From contig OZ223302.1 in NCBI GenBank assembly GCA_965140705.1, positions 416,001-480,000 of the forward strand: a stretch of DNA of 64,000 bases, in the 5' to 3' direction. This document shows positions 52,302 to 61,106 of the stretch, in pieces. A program made the translations under genes and the position numbers. The stretch's first letter is position 1; each line of letters begins with the position of its first letter. This stretch comes from an uncultured Arcobacter sp. (lineage in GTDB: Bacteria; Campylobacterota; Campylobacteria; Campylobacterales; Arcobacteraceae). The notes below the pieces were generated by a model, which saw nothing but the letters and a program-made list of their open reading frames with translations, ran no database searches and was not told the DNA's origin.

Positions 52302-53610
52302 AAGTTTAAAAACAAGAATATTATTTTGGTTTGGAAGCATTACATTTTTATTACTTATAATATTTAGTATTGCTTTTAACTATTTTTTTGAAAAAAGTGT
52401 TTATTCTAGTATTGAAGCAAAATTATATGAAGAAGCAATTTATTTTAAAGACAATATAAATATTACAAATTTTGACAAAGTCATCTCAAAAAATAAAGAA
52501 TTTAAATCAAGTATTGCAATAGTAAAAAATAATGAGATTATAAAAAAAACACATAATTTTAATGAAAGAAATATACAAGAATACCTCAATAAAAAGAAGT
52601 CTTTTTTAATTATTGATTATGGAGAAACTCTAGAAGCTTTTTATTTTATAAACCTTTCAAAAGACACATTAATTATCATTTCTAAAGATGACATTGATGA
52701 TAAAGTAGAAGATGTTACAGATACAATGTTTGTAATTGAACCTTTATTATTATTTGCACTTATTTTTTTAGCTAGTAAAATGATAGATAAAATATTATTA
52801 CCAATAAAAGAGATTACAAAAGTATCTGAAGAGATTTCAATCAATAACTTCTCAACTACAATTTCTATCCCAAGTAAAGACGATGAAATTAAAAAACTAA
52901 TTAGTACCTTTAACCATATGATAATTAGGCTACAAGATGGTGTTGAAAACCTAGATAGATTTAATAGTGATGTTTCACATGAATTAAAAACACCATTAAC
53001 TGTAATAAGAGGCGAAATTGATTTGACTTTAAGAAAACAAAGAGAACCAGAATATTATATAAAAACATTAACTACACTTAATTATGAAGCTAAACAAATT
53101 GAAAAAATTGTAGAAAATTTATTATTACTTACAAAATATTCAAAAGAAAATATTCAAAAAACATTTGAAAAATGTTATTTAAAAAATATCTTATTAGATA
53201 CTCTAATAACATACAAAAAAAATATTGATGAAAAGAATATTAATATAAATATTAAAAAATTAGAAGATTTAACTATATTTGGTAATTTACAACTAATAAA
53301 AACTGTTTTTTCAAATCTTATTGACAATGCAATAAAATATACAAATGAAAATAAAAACATTTTTATTTCATTGGAAGCACGAAATAAACACATTTATTTT
53401 AATATAATTGATGAAGGAATTGGAATACCAAAAGAAGAACTTTCTAATGTACTCAATAGATTTTATAGAGTTGATGAATCAAGAAATAAAAAAATAAAAG
53501 GTTTCGGACTTGGACTATCTATTGTTAAAAATAGCATTGACCTGCATGGTGCTAAATTTAAAATAGAATCTACATTGAATAAAGGTACAAAAATCACTAT
53601 AATATTCTAA
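52294..53610 (+). CDS. HAMP sensor histidine kinase (CusS/CzcS-like)
   Basis: Two TMs, DEIKKLISTFNHM, DVSHELKTPL, NLIDNAIKY, DEGIGI, RFYRVD, GFGLGLSIV. Confidence 0.93.
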   Translation: MFKSLKTRILFWFGSITFLLLIIFSIAFNYFFEKSVYSSIEAKLYEEAIYFKDNINITNFDKVISKNKEFKSSIAIVKNNEIIKKTHNFNERNIQEYLNKKKSFLIIDYGETLEAFYFINLSKDTLIIISKDDIDDKVEDVTDTMFVIEPLLLFALIFLASKMIDKILLPIKEITKVSEEISINNFSTTISIPSKDDEIKKLISTFNHMIIRLQDGVENLDRFNSDVSHELKTPLTVIRGEIDLTLRKQREPEYYIKTLTTLNYEAKQIEKIVENLLLLTKYSKENIQKTFEKCYLKNILLDTLITYKKNIDEKNININIKKLEDLTIFGNLQLIKTVFSNLIDNAIKYTNENKNIFISLEARNKHIYFNIIDEGIGIPKEELSNVLNRFYRVDESRNKKIKGFGLGLSIVKNSIDLHGAKFKIESTLNKGTKITIIF

Positions 53611-53616
53611 CTTTCC

Positions 53617-53643
53617 GTCATTTTCATTTTAAATTCATTTTCA
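53617..53643 (+). promoter_or_regulatory. Putative response-regulator box upstream of PAP2 gene
   Basis: TTCATTTT direct repeat at 53623 and 53634 (11-bp period), the same word as in the 51540 palindrome. Confidence 0.55.
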
Positions 53644-53684
53644 ACTTCTACAATCATTAAATACTTTACAAAAAGAAGAACAAA

Positions 53685-54254
53685 ATGGATATTTTAAATA
53701 AACAATTATTTTTAATTATAAATTCGTATGCTAATAAAAATCATATTCTTGATTTCATCTTAATTAAACTCTCTCAAGACTTTATTTGGTTTTTAATTAT
53801 AATGGAGTTTTATCTATTTTTTTTTAAAAAAGAAAAAGATATTGCATTATTTGGATTTTACTCTTCAATGCTTAGCCTAAGTATTAACTCAATTGTAGGA
53901 ATATTTTATTTCCACAATAGACCCTTTATGGATGGTTTAGGAAATTTATTGGTTTATCATGTATCAGATAATTCTTTTCCTTCTGATCATACATCTTTTA
54001 TGCTAGCAATATCTATTACATATATAATATTTAGTAATTCTATTAACTTCAAAAGTGCTATATTACTTTTTTCTATACTAAGTGCAATATCTAGAGTTTT
54101 CATAGGAGTCCATTACCCTATGGATATATTAGCAGGAATAATTATTGGAGCTACAAGTTCTATTTATATATATATATTAAAAAAAGAATTTTATAAAATA
54201 AATCAATACATAATATTAATTTTCAATAAATACTCTATAAAAAAAAATTCTTAA
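53685..54254 (+). CDS. PAP2-family undecaprenyl-pyrophosphate phosphatase (BcrC/YbjG-like)
   Basis: FHNRPF, SFPSDHT, SRVFIGVHYPMDILAG. Confidence 0.85.
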   Translation: MDILNKQLFLIINSYANKNHILDFILIKLSQDFIWFLIIMEFYLFFFKKEKDIALFGFYSSMLSLSINSIVGIFYFHNRPFMDGLGNLLVYHVSDNSFPSDHTSFMLAISITYIIFSNSINFKSAILLFSILSAISRVFIGVHYPMDILAGIIIGATSSIYIYILKKEFYKINQYIILIFNKYSIKKNS

Positions 54255-54355
54255 AACCCATTATTTCTAAAAAAAATAGTACTTAAACTAACCATAATTT
54301 AGCTATGATTTCATCATCAAATATGCTCAACTTATAAGGGATTTATACAAAAGAG

Positions 54356-55315
54356 ATGAAATTGTTTTTTAGAAAATTGATATACCTTATTATTATGCTT
54401 TTTATTATTAGTCTAATATCTTTTTTAGCTATACATCTTGCTCCTAATTCATTTTTTGCAAGTGGAGATTTAAATCCAAACATCACAGAAGAGTCAATCA
54501 AACACTTAAAGTCTATTTATGGCTTAGATAAACCACTTTATGTACAATATTTTTCTTGGCTTTTTGCAATACTCCACCTTGATTTTGGTATCTCTTTTAG
54601 CTCAGGAGAAATGGTTAAAAATGAGATTTTAAATAGAATCCCAATAACACTTGTTTTAAATATTACCTCTATGATTTTTATATTTATATTATCACTTTAT
54701 TTAGGTATTAAATCAGCTCTAAATAAATCAACTTTTTTTGATAAATTTACTGGTCAACTTTCACTTTTAAGTTTTTCTATGCCCTCTTTTTATTTAGCAC
54801 TACTTGGTGTTTTAATTTTTGCAGTTAATTTTGAGGTTCTACCTATATCTGGATTGCATAGTGTAAAAGATGATGGAAGTTTTAGTTACTATTTAGATTT
54901 TGCAAAGCATTTAGTTTTACCAATATTTATAATTGTTTTTGGGGGAATTGGAAGTTTGACTTTATATATAAGATCACTTACAATTGAAATACTAAAAAGT
55001 GATTATATCTTTTTTGCCAAAGCTAGAGGACTAAGTAAAAAACAAATTTTGAGATACTATATTTTACCAAATTTGTATCCACCTGTTATTACAATACTTG
55101 GTTTATCCCTTCCAGGAATTATTGGTGGGTCTGTTATACTTGAAACAATATTTTCAATAGATGGGATGGGCTTATTATTTTATCATAGTGCTTTAGCCCA
55201 TGATTATCCAGTAATTATGGGAATACTAATTATTGGAGCATTTTTAACTCTTCTTGGGAATATATTGGCTGATTTAGTTTTACTAAAACTCAATCCAAAT
55301 TTTGATACAAAATAG
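54356..55315 (+). CDS. DppB/OppB-family ABC permease (orphan)
   Basis: [62 protein letters not shown]. Confidence 0.9.
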   Translation: MKLFFRKLIYLIIMLFIISLISFLAIHLAPNSFFASGDLNPNITEESIKHLKSIYGLDKPLYVQYFSWLFAILHLDFGISFSSGEMVKNEILNRIPITLVLNITSMIFIFILSLYLGIKSALNKSTFFDKFTGQLSLLSFSMPSFYLALLGVLIFAVNFEVLPISGLHSVKDDGSFSYYLDFAKHLVLPIFIIVFGGIGSLTLYIRSLTIEILKSDYIFFAKARGLSKKQILRYYILPNLYPPVITILGLSLPGIIGGSVILETIFSIDGMGLLFYHSALAHDYPVIMGILIIGAFLTLLGNILADLVLLKLNPNFDTK

Positions 55316-55346
55316 AAATAATAAAAAAATTATTAAAGGAAATTTA

Positions 55347-56171
55347 TTGAAAATAATTAATACTATAGAAGAATTACAAACTATTAGAAAAGAGTTAAAA
55401 GGAACAATTGGTTTTGTTCCAACTATGGGTGCTTTACATGAAGGGCACATTTCACTTATAAAAAATGCAAGACTAAATAATGACATTGTAATAGTTTCGA
55501 TTTTTCTAAATCCAACACAATTTTTACCAAATGAAGACTTAGACAAATATCCAAAAAAAGATGCAGCAGATAAAAGAATCTGTGAACTTTGCAAAGTAGA
55601 TTATCTCTTTATGCCAGATGTTAAGTCTATGTACCAAAGCAATGATGAGATTTCCATAAAAGCTCCAAAAATAACTGGCTTTATATTAGAAGGGGAAAAA
55701 AGACCAGGTCACTTTGATGGAGTATTACAAGTGGTTTTAAAACTATTTAATTTAGTTCAGCCTCAAAATGCCTATTTTGGTAAAAAAGATGCCCAACAAC
55801 TTTCTCTAATCTCACAAATGGTTAAAAATCTTTTTTTACCTATAAATATAATTGAATGTGACATTATACGAGAAGCAGATGGTCTTGCAATGAGTTCAAG
55901 AAATATTTATTTATCAATTGAAGAGAGAAAAGAAGCTTTAGCAATTTCAAAATCTTTAAATATGACAATTATTGCTGTTACAAAAGGTGAAAGAGATGCT
56001 GAAGTTATAAAAACAAAAATGAAAGAAATAATGTCAAATCTAGATATAGAGTATATAGCAATAGTAAATAGAAATTTTGAAGAGATTCAAACAATAGAAG
56101 TAAAAAATACAATCATACTAATTGCATGTAAAGTTGGTAATACAAGACTTATCGATAATATGTGGATATAA
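55347..56171 (+). CDS. panC: Pantoate--beta-alanine ligase
   Basis: [54 protein letters not shown] 55347 after AAGGA SD. Confidence 0.96.
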   Translation: MKIINTIEELQTIRKELKGTIGFVPTMGALHEGHISLIKNARLNNDIVIVSIFLNPTQFLPNEDLDKYPKKDAADKRICELCKVDYLFMPDVKSMYQSNDEISIKAPKITGFILEGEKRPGHFDGVLQVVLKLFNLVQPQNAYFGKKDAQQLSLISQMVKNLFLPINIIECDIIREADGLAMSSRNIYLSIEERKEALAISKSLNMTIIAVTKGERDAEVIKTKMKEIMSNLDIEYIAIVNRNFEEIQTIEVKNTIILIACKVGNTRLIDNMWI

Positions 56172-56192
56172 ACTCTTAAAAGAGTTTATATC
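56165..56192. terminator. Hairpin overlapping the convergent stop codons of panC and DUF2892 gene
   Basis: GATATAAACTCTT-AA-AAGAGTTTATATC perfect inverted repeat. Confidence 0.6.
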
Positions 56193-56368
56193 GTACATTT
56201 TTTACTTATTATACATAAAGGGCAAAAGTTAGCTAGTCCTGCTAATAAAGGCAATATACCTAAATAAAACCAGGCAATACCAGTATATACTCCTGCTAAG
56301 ATTAAAATTATACCTATGGCAATTCTAAACTTTCTACAAAAAAGTTTTATTTTATCAAATTTATTCAT
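56186..56368 (-). CDS. DUF2892 / YgaP-like small membrane protein
   Basis: RIAIGIIL...LGILPLLAGLANFCPLC. Confidence 0.8.
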   Translation of the reverse strand: MNKFDKIKLFCRKFRIAIGIILILAGVYTGIAWFYLGILPLLAGLANFCPLCIISKKCTI

Positions 56369-56538
56369 TCCAAAATCCTTATTTAGATAAGTTTTACTTA
56401 TTTAAAATTATACATATTATGAGCATATTTGTCAAATATAATTATAACAAATTATTATAATTAAATATTATAATTTTTCCTATTTTTGATAAATTCAAAC
56501 TATTATGCTAAAATTCCAAAAAAACTAATAGGTTATAT

Positions 56539-57879
56539 ATGAAATTTTCAACACAAAATCCCAAGAAGTCACTACACTTAGTTAGCCTTGGCTGCACTAA
56601 AAATTTAGTTGATTCTGAAATCATGCTTGGTAAACTAAAAGATTATACAATATCAAATGATGCAGAGACCTCTGATGTAATTATTGTAAATACATGTGGT
56701 TTTATTGATAGTGCAAAAGAAGAGAGTATAAATACAATTCTAAACTTACATGAACAAAGAAAAAAAGATTCAGTTTTAGTTATGGCTGGATGTTTAAGTG
56801 AAAGATATAAAGAAGAGTTGCAAAAAGAATTACCAGAAATTGATATTTTTACAGGAGTTGGAGATTATGATAAAATCGACACACTTGTAAATGAAAAAAG
56901 AAGTGGCTTCACAAATGAAGTATTTTTACTAAATGAAACAAATGATAGAGTTATCACTGGTTCAAACTATCATGCCTATATCAAACTATCTGAAGGCTGC
57001 AATCAAGTTTGTTCGTTCTGTGCAATTCCTTCATTTAAAGGGAAACTTCACTCTAGAACCTTAGAATCTCTTCTTAAAGAGGTTAAGAATCTTGTCTCTC
57101 AAGGTTTCTGTGATTTTTCTTTTGTTTCACAAGATAGTTCATCTTTTTTAAGGGATTTAAATATTAATGATGGATTAGAAAGACTTGTTAATGAAGTTGA
57201 AAAAATAGAAGGAATCAAAAGTGCCAGAATTTTATACCTTTATCCCTCTACAACAACTTTATCACTTATCAAAAAAATAGAAGACTCTCCAGTATTTAAA
57301 AACTACTTTGATATGCCATTGCAACACATAAGCTCTAAGGTGCTTAAAATCATGAAAAGAGGTAAAGGAGTAGAAAAGCTTAAAGAACTCATGGGTGCCA
57401 TGAGAAACACTCCTAATTCCTTTGTAAGGACTACTTTTATTGCAGGTCATCCAGGTGAAACACAAGAAGACTTTGAAGAATTATGTTCTTATGTGGAAGA
57501 GTATGGATTTGATAGGGCAAATGTATTTTCATATTCTGATGAAGATGGCACTAGTGCATATGAACTTGATGGAAAAGTAGATCAAGAGATTATTGATAAA
57601 AGAGCTGAAACTTTAGGTGAAATAATTCAAAGAAAAACTTTAGAATCTTTGGAAAAAGAGATTGGACAAATAGTAGATGTATATATTGATGGAGAAAGTG
57701 ATGAACATGAATATTTACTTAGTGCTAGAAAAACAATTTGGGCACCTGAAATTGATGGAGAGATTTATATCAATGACAATGAAACAGGAAAAGAGTTAAC
57801 AGTAGGAAAATCATATCAAGTAAAAATAAGTGAATTAGCAGGTGATAAACTACTTGGAACAGCAATTAAAGAGATTTAA
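56539..57879 (+). CDS. rimO: Ribosomal protein S12 methylthiotransferase
   Basis: SLGCTKNLVDSE, VNTCGFI..AKEES, EGCNQVCSFCAIP, LYLYP, APEIDG. Confidence 0.95.
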   Translation: MKFSTQNPKKSLHLVSLGCTKNLVDSEIMLGKLKDYTISNDAETSDVIIVNTCGFIDSAKEESINTILNLHEQRKKDSVLVMAGCLSERYKEELQKELPEIDIFTGVGDYDKIDTLVNEKRSGFTNEVFLLNETNDRVITGSNYHAYIKLSEGCNQVCSFCAIPSFKGKLHSRTLESLLKEVKNLVSQGFCDFSFVSQDSSSFLRDLNINDGLERLVNEVEKIEGIKSARILYLYPSTTTLSLIKKIEDSPVFKNYFDMPLQHISSKVLKIMKRGKGVEKLKELMGAMRNTPNSFVRTTFIAGHPGETQEDFEELCSYVEEYGFDRANVFSYSDEDGTSAYELDGKVDQEIIDKRAETLGEIIQRKTLESLEKEIGQIVDVYIDGESDEHEYLLSARKTIWAPEIDGEIYINDNETGKELTVGKSYQVKISELAGDKLLGTAIKEI

Positions 57880-58853
57880 TGATTAATTTTAATATCAATA
57901 CCACAAAAAATCTTTTGGCATTTTCAGGTGGTATTGATTCTTCTGCCCTCTTCTTTTTACTCTTAAATGAAAATATTCCTTTTGATATTGCAATTGTTAA
58001 TTATAATCAAAGAGAACAATCAAAAGATGAAGTTGCTTATGCAAAAGAGTTAGCTAATAAATACAATAAAAAGTGCTTTTTAAAAGAGGTAATATTAACA
58101 AATAACTCTAACTTTGAAAAAGAAGCAAGAGATATAAGATATGACTTTTTTGATGAAATAATCAAAGAGTATGATTATGATACATTAATTACAGCCCATC
58201 AATTAAATGACAAACTAGAGTGGTTTATGATGCAGTTAAGCAAAGGGGCTGGATTAGTTGAACTAATTGGATTAGAAGAAAAAACGAAAAAAGATAACTA
58301 TACTATTTATAGACCTCTTCTTGAACTCTCAAAAGAAGAACTTGAAATATTTTTAAAAGAAAATAATCATAAATATTTTATTGATGAATCAAATTATGAT
58401 GAGAAATACAAAAGAAACTATTTTAGAAAAAACTTTGTAAATGAGTTGATAAAAGAATACAAAAATGGTATTAAAAATAGTTTCAAATATTTAAACAATG
58501 ATATTCAATCTTTAAATGTAAATTTTGAACCCATATATAAAAAAGAATCTTTAGAAATCTTTGAAAACAAAAAAGATGACAATCTAAATATTAAAATAAT
58601 AGATAAATCTTTAAAAAAAAGAGGAATACTTTTATCTAATGCACAAAGAAATGAAATACTTAAACAAAAAGAAATAACAATATCTGATAAAATAAACATT
58701 TCTATCTCAAAAGAGTATATTTATATCTGTCCAAAAACTATAAATGCGATGGATAAAAAGTTTAAAGAAATTTGTAGAGTACATAAAATTCCAAAAAAGA
58801 TTAGAGCATATCTTTTTGAAAAAAATATTGAAATAAAAGAGCTATTTATTTAA
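57879..58853 (+). CDS. tilS: tRNA(Ile)-lysidine synthetase
   Basis: AFSGGIDS, FEKEARDIRY, TAHQLND, RPLL, DESN, RNYFR. Confidence 0.93.
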   Translation: MINFNINTTKNLLAFSGGIDSSALFFLLLNENIPFDIAIVNYNQREQSKDEVAYAKELANKYNKKCFLKEVILTNNSNFEKEARDIRYDFFDEIIKEYDYDTLITAHQLNDKLEWFMMQLSKGAGLVELIGLEEKTKKDNYTIYRPLLELSKEELEIFLKENNHKYFIDESNYDEKYKRNYFRKNFVNELIKEYKNGIKNSFKYLNNDIQSLNVNFEPIYKKESLEIFENKKDDNLNIKIIDKSLKKRGILLSNAQRNEILKQKEITISDKINISISKEYIYICPKTINAMDKKFKEICRVHKIPKKIRAYLFEKNIEIKELFI

Positions 58854-59111
58854 AAACTTTTTCATTTGGGTAATAGATTTCATCTGTTCTAAAATATTTT
58901 CTCTATGAGTATATAAAAAGTTAGCATTTTTAAAAAGTAATTCTCTTAATTTTAAAAGTTCTTCATGTGATAATTCAAAGTCAGTAATATTTGTAGTAGT
59001 TAAATAAGTTTCAGTCCAAGACCTTAAGCCCTCAGCTCTTTCTTCTTCATCTAAAGAATCAACATAAGTTAATCTCTTTAGTGCTTCTAAAGACCAGTCT
59101 CGTCTTTCCAT
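58842..59111 (-). CDS. Small helical protein, FliT-like by position
   Basis: 89-aa helical ORF overlapping the fliS 3' end in fliD-fliS-X order. Confidence 0.55.
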   Translation of the reverse strand: MERRDWSLEALKRLTYVDSLDEEERAEGLRSWTETYLTTTNITDFELSHEELLKLRELLFKNANFLYTHRENILEQMKSITQMKKFLNK

Positions 59112-59443
59112 GCTTCTATTAGACCTTGAGTTACTTTTTTAACTTGGTGTATTAAATTTACATTATCATTAATACCTGATGTGAAAAGTGTCTCTATTTG
59201 ATAAAGATATAAACCATCTAAATAATGAGCGATATCTCCCCCATCAAAATCTAATATATTTCTAAGTTCATCAAAAATTGCGATTGATTTGTTAATATAA
59301 ATAAATTTTTCTTCAACATCTCCATTTTCCATTGCTTCTTCTGCAAAAGATAGATATCTCAATAATCCCTCATAAAGCTTTAGTATTAAAACATAAGGAT
59401 CATTACTAACTGCATTTTGTTGATTATAAACCTCTATTCCCAC
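59087..59443 (-). CDS. fliS: Flagellin export chaperone FliS
   Basis: YNQQN..DPYVLILKLYEG, ELRNILDFDGGDIAHYLDGLY, LIEAW; GTG start with GGAG SD. Confidence 0.92.
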   Translation of the reverse strand: MGIEVYNQQNAVSNDPYVLILKLYEGLLRYLSFAEEAMENGDVEEKFIYINKSIAIFDELRNILDFDGGDIAHYLDGLYLYQIETLFTSGINDNVNLIHQVKKVTQGLIEAWKDETGL

Positions 59444-59494
59444 AAATCATCTCCATTTTTTTATACATAGGAGTATAGTATATTCAAACTTAAA

Positions 59495-61096
59495 TTACTT
59501 AGAAGTGCTTTGATTAATCATCATCTCCAAACTAGAAAATTGTGCATTAAATTGATTTATAATTACCCCATACGCTGAAAACTGATTTGCAAGCTGAGAA
59601 TACTTTGAGTCTAAACTCTCTGTCTCTTCTTTTAATTGTTTATCTAGTTCTTTCTTTCTTGATGTCATATTATTTTCATATGTAGTTATAGCACCATCAG
59701 TACCATCCATAGCATCAACTATTGTTTTTAATTGTGTACCAAAGCCCTCTTTCTCAGCAGTTCCTATAAATAAATCTTTTAGATTATCAAAATCATCACT
59801 AACTGCTTTATTAAAATCACTTTCATTTAATGAATAATTACCATTTTTATCAACTTCTAGTCCAAAATTAAATAGATTTAAACTACCTTCTTTAACAGGG
59901 TTTCCATCTGTACCATCATTACTATCTTGACCATAATTTTTAAACATCATATTTTTTATTTGAGATTGTATATCTCTTAATGTTGATCTATCTTGTACCT
60001 TTGAATCACCTGAATAAAGCTCAGCATCGATTGCTTTAGATAAAGTATTAAATTTATCAATAAAATCTTTAAACATTGTTGCTATTTGTGATTTATCTTT
60101 TTCAATAGAAATAGATGAATCACCAACTTTCGTAGCAGAGATCTTTAATCCTCCATCAACGGTTACAACATTTGAAGAAACATCATAATCAACACCATCA
60201 ATTTTTGCTTTCATGTTTTGTGCAGTTAGAGTATGATTCTCATTGGTTAAATTTAAGCCTAAATCATCATTTGTAACTTCAACTGCACCTCCATCACTTC
60301 TTGTTATTATAACTTTACCATCAGCATTAATTCCTGCAGCAAATGAAGGATCAGCGTTAATTCGTGAAATAAATTGACTATTTGTTTCATTTCCACTAGT
60401 AGTAAAAGTTGTTCCATTTAAAGTCAATGATAAACCAGAATTAGGAATTGTTCCCGAAGCAATTGTGGAACTTGAAATAAAATTATTAAGCCCTAAATCA
60501 ACACTAGTCTGTGTTATACTTAAAGCATTATCAACACCTGAATCTTCACTCTTTATAACCATTCTATAAGAATCAGTTCCTACTGCTTCTATAGAAGCAT
60601 TTAATTTTGAACTAAAATTAATCTTATCAGCTACTTCTTGATATGTTTTATTAAAAGTTGAATATTCAGCTCCATTTATTGTTATAACAGAACCTGGTAC
60701 AGTTGAAATTATTGCATCTTTATCAGTAAATGTTGAAGTTTGATAAACATCCCTTTGTGCAATTTGACTTACACTCACATTTGTAGTTCCTGTATTTAAT
60801 TTACTTGCATCAACAGCATCAAATACTACTGAATCACCCGTAGTTGTAGCCGATTTTTGGGAAAAGGCATTTACTCCACCTACCACAAATAAGTCAAAGG
60901 GTTTAATTGCATCAAGTACATCTTGAACTTGTAATTTAATATTTGCAACTTTTACACCTTCTTCATCCAAGTCTTTTAAACTTGTTTCAATGGGTTCTAC
61001 TGTAGCTTTTCTCTCTGCTGCTTTTAACTTATCAATTAACTCTTGATTTAAAGAAGAAGCTTGCCCTGTTCCTAGTCCTAATACACCCTCAGCCAT
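59495..61096 (-). CDS. fliD: Flagellar filament cap protein
   Basis: LGLG...LIDKLKAAE N-terminus, VSQIAQ, AQNMKAKIDG, YSQLANQFSAY...SSLEMMI C-terminus. Confidence 0.92.
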   Translation of the reverse strand: MAEGVLGLGTGQASSLNQELIDKLKAAERKATVEPIETSLKDLDEEGVKVANIKLQVQDVLDAIKPFDLFVVGGVNAFSQKSATTTGDSVVFDAVDASKLNTGTTNVSVSQIAQRDVYQTSTFTDKDAIISTVPGSVITINGAEYSTFNKTYQEVADKINFSSKLNASIEAVGTDSYRMVIKSEDSGVDNALSITQTSVDLGLNNFISSSTIASGTIPNSGLSLTLNGTTFTTSGNETNSQFISRINADPSFAAGINADGKVIITRSDGGAVEVTNDDLGLNLTNENHTLTAQNMKAKIDGVDYDVSSNVVTVDGGLKISATKVGDSSISIEKDKSQIATMFKDFIDKFNTLSKAIDAELYSGDSKVQDRSTLRDIQSQIKNMMFKNYGQDSNDGTDGNPVKEGSLNLFNFGLEVDKNGNYSLNESDFNKAVSDDFDNLKDLFIGTAEKEGFGTQLKTIVDAMDGTDGAITTYENNMTSRKKELDKQLKEETESLDSKYSQLANQFSAYGVIINQFNAQFSSLEMMINQSTSK

Positions 61097-61106
61097 AATT
61101 TACTCC

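Noticed and set aside
53816..53831. T9/A-run in the PAP2 gene as a phase-variation tract
   Set aside because: A/T runs are ubiquitous here and the frame is intact; I saw no long poly-G/C contingency tracts in the window.
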